In this document: piece after piece, positions 22,471 to 24,000 of the stretch
Numbering within the stretch: the first letter of the stretch is position 1
Layout of the letters: every line of letters begins with the position of its first letter
Assembly (NCBI GenBank): GCA_036729925.1
Contig: DAIMRG010000040.1
Span: 1 to 24,000 of the forward strand
Source of the DNA: Clostridiales bacterium
GTDB lineage: Bacteria > Bacillota > Clostridia > DSM-8532
Direction of reading: 5' to 3'
DNA length: 24,000 nt
Translations under genes and position numbers: made by a program
The notes under the pieces: generated by a model
Seen by the model: the letters and a program-made list of their open reading frames with translations, nothing else
Database searches by the model: none
What the model was told of the DNA's origin: nothing

Positions 22471-24000
22471 ATGGTGTATATTCGGCATAGGTTGATGCTG
22501 GCTTTTGTCGGCGCTTTCTCCCTACTGATACTTTCCAAACGGTTCACACCATACCTTTACAGTGTTTATTCCTCCGCGCAGTATCTGGGCGTACACACTT
22601 TCCTGGAGTTTATCTCTCTGTTCGCCGCCTTTTCCACTTTTCTGCTGGTTTGGCTGTTGCGGAGGGGCTTTGAGGACCCGCCCGGACGATTTCTCGTGGT
22701 GCTGGGCGGCACCCTGCTGGGGGTGGGCTATATCGATTTGTTTCACACCCTTTCCTTTTACGGCATGCCGGCTTTTATTACCCCCAGTTCCTACCAGAAG
22801 GCAACTTTTCTGTGGCTATTCGGCCGCTATTGCCTCATTGCCGGCTTTTTCGCCGCCTTTGGTGTTCTACGGACCCAAACCCGTTATGTGACCGGTTTTC
22901 TGTTTCACAGTTTGTTACTCGCCGTAAACCTTGCCATTATCACGGCGGCCACCCTGTTCGCCACCTACTATCTGAAACTGGTGCCCCCGCTCTTTGTGGA
23001 AGGGTCCGGCCTGACGCCGCTGAAAATCGGCCTTGAGTATATAGTCATCCTGTGCTATGGGCTGATCTTTGTCCTTTTGCACAAGCATCGCACTCATTTG
23101 AAGGAGACGATTTATGCCAATCTCGGCTATTTCCTGATCTTCTCCATTACTTCCGAAGTCGCTTTTACTTTCTATAAAAACGTCTATGACACGTACAACC
23201 TCCTTGGTCACCTGTACAAGATTATTGCCTATGGGTTTTTATTCAGAGCCGTTTATTTATCCGGCATCATCGACCATCTTTCCACCCTCAGCGAGATGGG
23301 GAAAATGAGCGCGCAAATCCTGACAAACCGCGGCTCGATTAATAACCTGCTGGAAATCCAGATGGAGAAGCTGAAACATCTTATTCCCCGGGCCCGGCGC
23401 ATTGTCTTCTATGTGAAGGAAGACGACAATTACTACCGGTCTGACTACGTGTGGGGAAAATACAGCGCACTGCTGCCCGTGCACAGGCTAATCCGGTTTC
23501 ATAATTTATTCGATTTGCTCGGGCAGGATGTTAAATTGTATGATGATCCGCATCACCTGCTTGACAAACTCGCCCCGGAGGACTATACGCCGGAAATCGC
23601 CGCGGTCTGGATAAGGACCAACCAACTCCTCTATATTCCCCTGATTCAGGAAGCGCAATTCTATGGCTGTGTAATGTTATTCTCTTTCGGACGGCTCAGC
23701 CGGTTTTCCGGTGCTGATCTGGAAAAAGCCTCGATCTTTCAAAAATTCGCCACCCTGGCCATTGCCCATGTTAAATATGAGGAGACCATTTCCCGCCTTT
23801 CCTATGAAGACAGCATGACGAAACTCCCCAACCGCCGCTACTTTTTCGACCAGATGACGGAAGCGCAGTACGAGACGGCGCGCTATAATATTCCCTTTAC
23901 CCTGATATTTCTCGATATGAACGGCTTAAAGCAGATTAACGACTATTACGGCCATGCCGCCGGGGATGAAGCGCTGCAAACCATTGCGGAGCTGTTGAAA
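22471..24000 (+). CDS. Membrane sensor (MASE3-like) with a GAF-like region and a GGDEF diguanylate cyclase domain, 3'-truncated by the window end
   Basis: - ATG 22471 with RBS aaaggagg (22455-22462).
- I translated 510 codons to position 24000 without meeting a stop. The gene is absent from the ORF track because it has no stop in the window.
- Seven or eight hydrophobic segments are followed by the start of a GGDEF domain: YEDSMTKLPNRRYF...FLDMNGLKQINDYYGHAAGDEAL.
- The GGDEF motif itself lies beyond the window. Confidence 0.8.
   Translation, partial: MVYIRHRLMLAFVGAFSLLILSKRFTPYLYSVYSSAQYLGVHTFLEFISLFAAFSTFLLVWLLRRGFEDPPGRFLVVLGGTLLGVGYIDLFHTLSFYGMPAFITPSSYQKATFLWLFGRYCLIAGFFAAFGVLRTQTRYVTGFLFHSLLLAVNLAIITAATLFATYYLKLVPPLFVEGSGLTPLKIGLEYIVILCYGLIFVLLHKHRTHLKETIYANLGYFLIFSITSEVAFTFYKNVYDTYNLLGHLYKIIAYGFLFRAVYLSGIIDHLSTLSEMGKMSAQILTNRGSINNLLEIQMEKLKHLIPRARRIVFYVKEDDNYYRSDYVWGKYSALLPVHRLIRFHNLFDLLGQDVKLYDDPHHLLDKLAPEDYTPEIAAVWIRTNQLLYIPLIQEAQFYGCVMLFSFGRLSRFSGADLEKASIFQKFATLAIAHVKYEETISRLSYEDSMTKLPNRRYFFDQMTEAQYETARYNIPFTLIFLDMNGLKQINDYYGHAAGDEALQTIAELLK

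Noticed and set aside
21999-22490. A 163-aa plus-strand ORF, together with 22012-22236 (plus) and 22020-22229 (minus), overlapping the Cys/Pro-rich gene.
   Set aside because: They are a by-product of locally very high GC content, where stop codons are rare. They have no RBS, and the 163-aa frame runs through the terminator at 22282-22323 and into the RBS of the GGDEF gene.
22522-23484. Track ORFs 22522-22746 (minus), 22562-22891 (plus), 22812-23036 (plus), 22915-23211 (minus) and 23257-23484 (minus).
   Set aside because: All are nested in the 510-codon open frame starting at 22471. That frame has a strong RBS and recognisable membrane-sensor and GGDEF sequence.
1-24000. A window-wide search for CRISPR arrays, rRNA genes and long tandem repeats.
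   Set aside because: I saw no regularly spaced direct repeats and no rRNA-like conserved blocks on either strand.

Overview
This window looks like a Bacillota-type chromosome, judged by GGAGG-type ribosome-binding sites, XRE regulators and a CBO0543-like membrane family. It splits into two parts.

**Accessory region (about 150 to 15,800).** This AT-richer stretch is built around a tRNA-Gly(CCC) gene at 11237-11311 on the minus strand.
- On the tRNA 3' side:
  - scars of mobile DNA: a tyrosine-recombinase C-terminal fragment, an IS110-type transposase remnant and a doubly frameshifted excisionase-like gene;
  - a stand-alone EVE/PUA-like plus PD-(D/E)xK nuclease fusion;
  - a five-gene type I restriction-modification operon on the minus strand: HTH controller, long hsdM, hsdS with a roughly 200-aa C-terminal extension, hsdR, and a DUF45 HExxH peptidase.
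- hsdR is broken by a 44-bp quasi-palindromic duplication that can be read directly in the sequence.
- On the tRNA 5' side:
  - a consensus-promoter operon encoding an EXLDI-like protein plus a 60-aa glycine-zipper membrane peptide;
  - an orphan 327-aa DUF2971-like protein;
  - a decayed HEPN (Rx4H) gene;
  - a divergent cI-like/Ner-like repressor pair.

**GC-richer region (about 16,200 to 24,000).** This part looks like core genome:
- an HD-GYP phosphodiesterase;
- an XRE regulator;
- two CBO0543-like membrane paralogues (one frameshifted) bracketing two secreted proteins;
- a lipoprotein;
- a Cys/Pro-rich small protein;
- a 3'-truncated multi-pass-membrane GGDEF protein that is missing from the supplied ORF track because it runs off the window.

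I saw no CRISPR array and no rRNA. All family assignments come from motif recognition by eye; no database search was possible.
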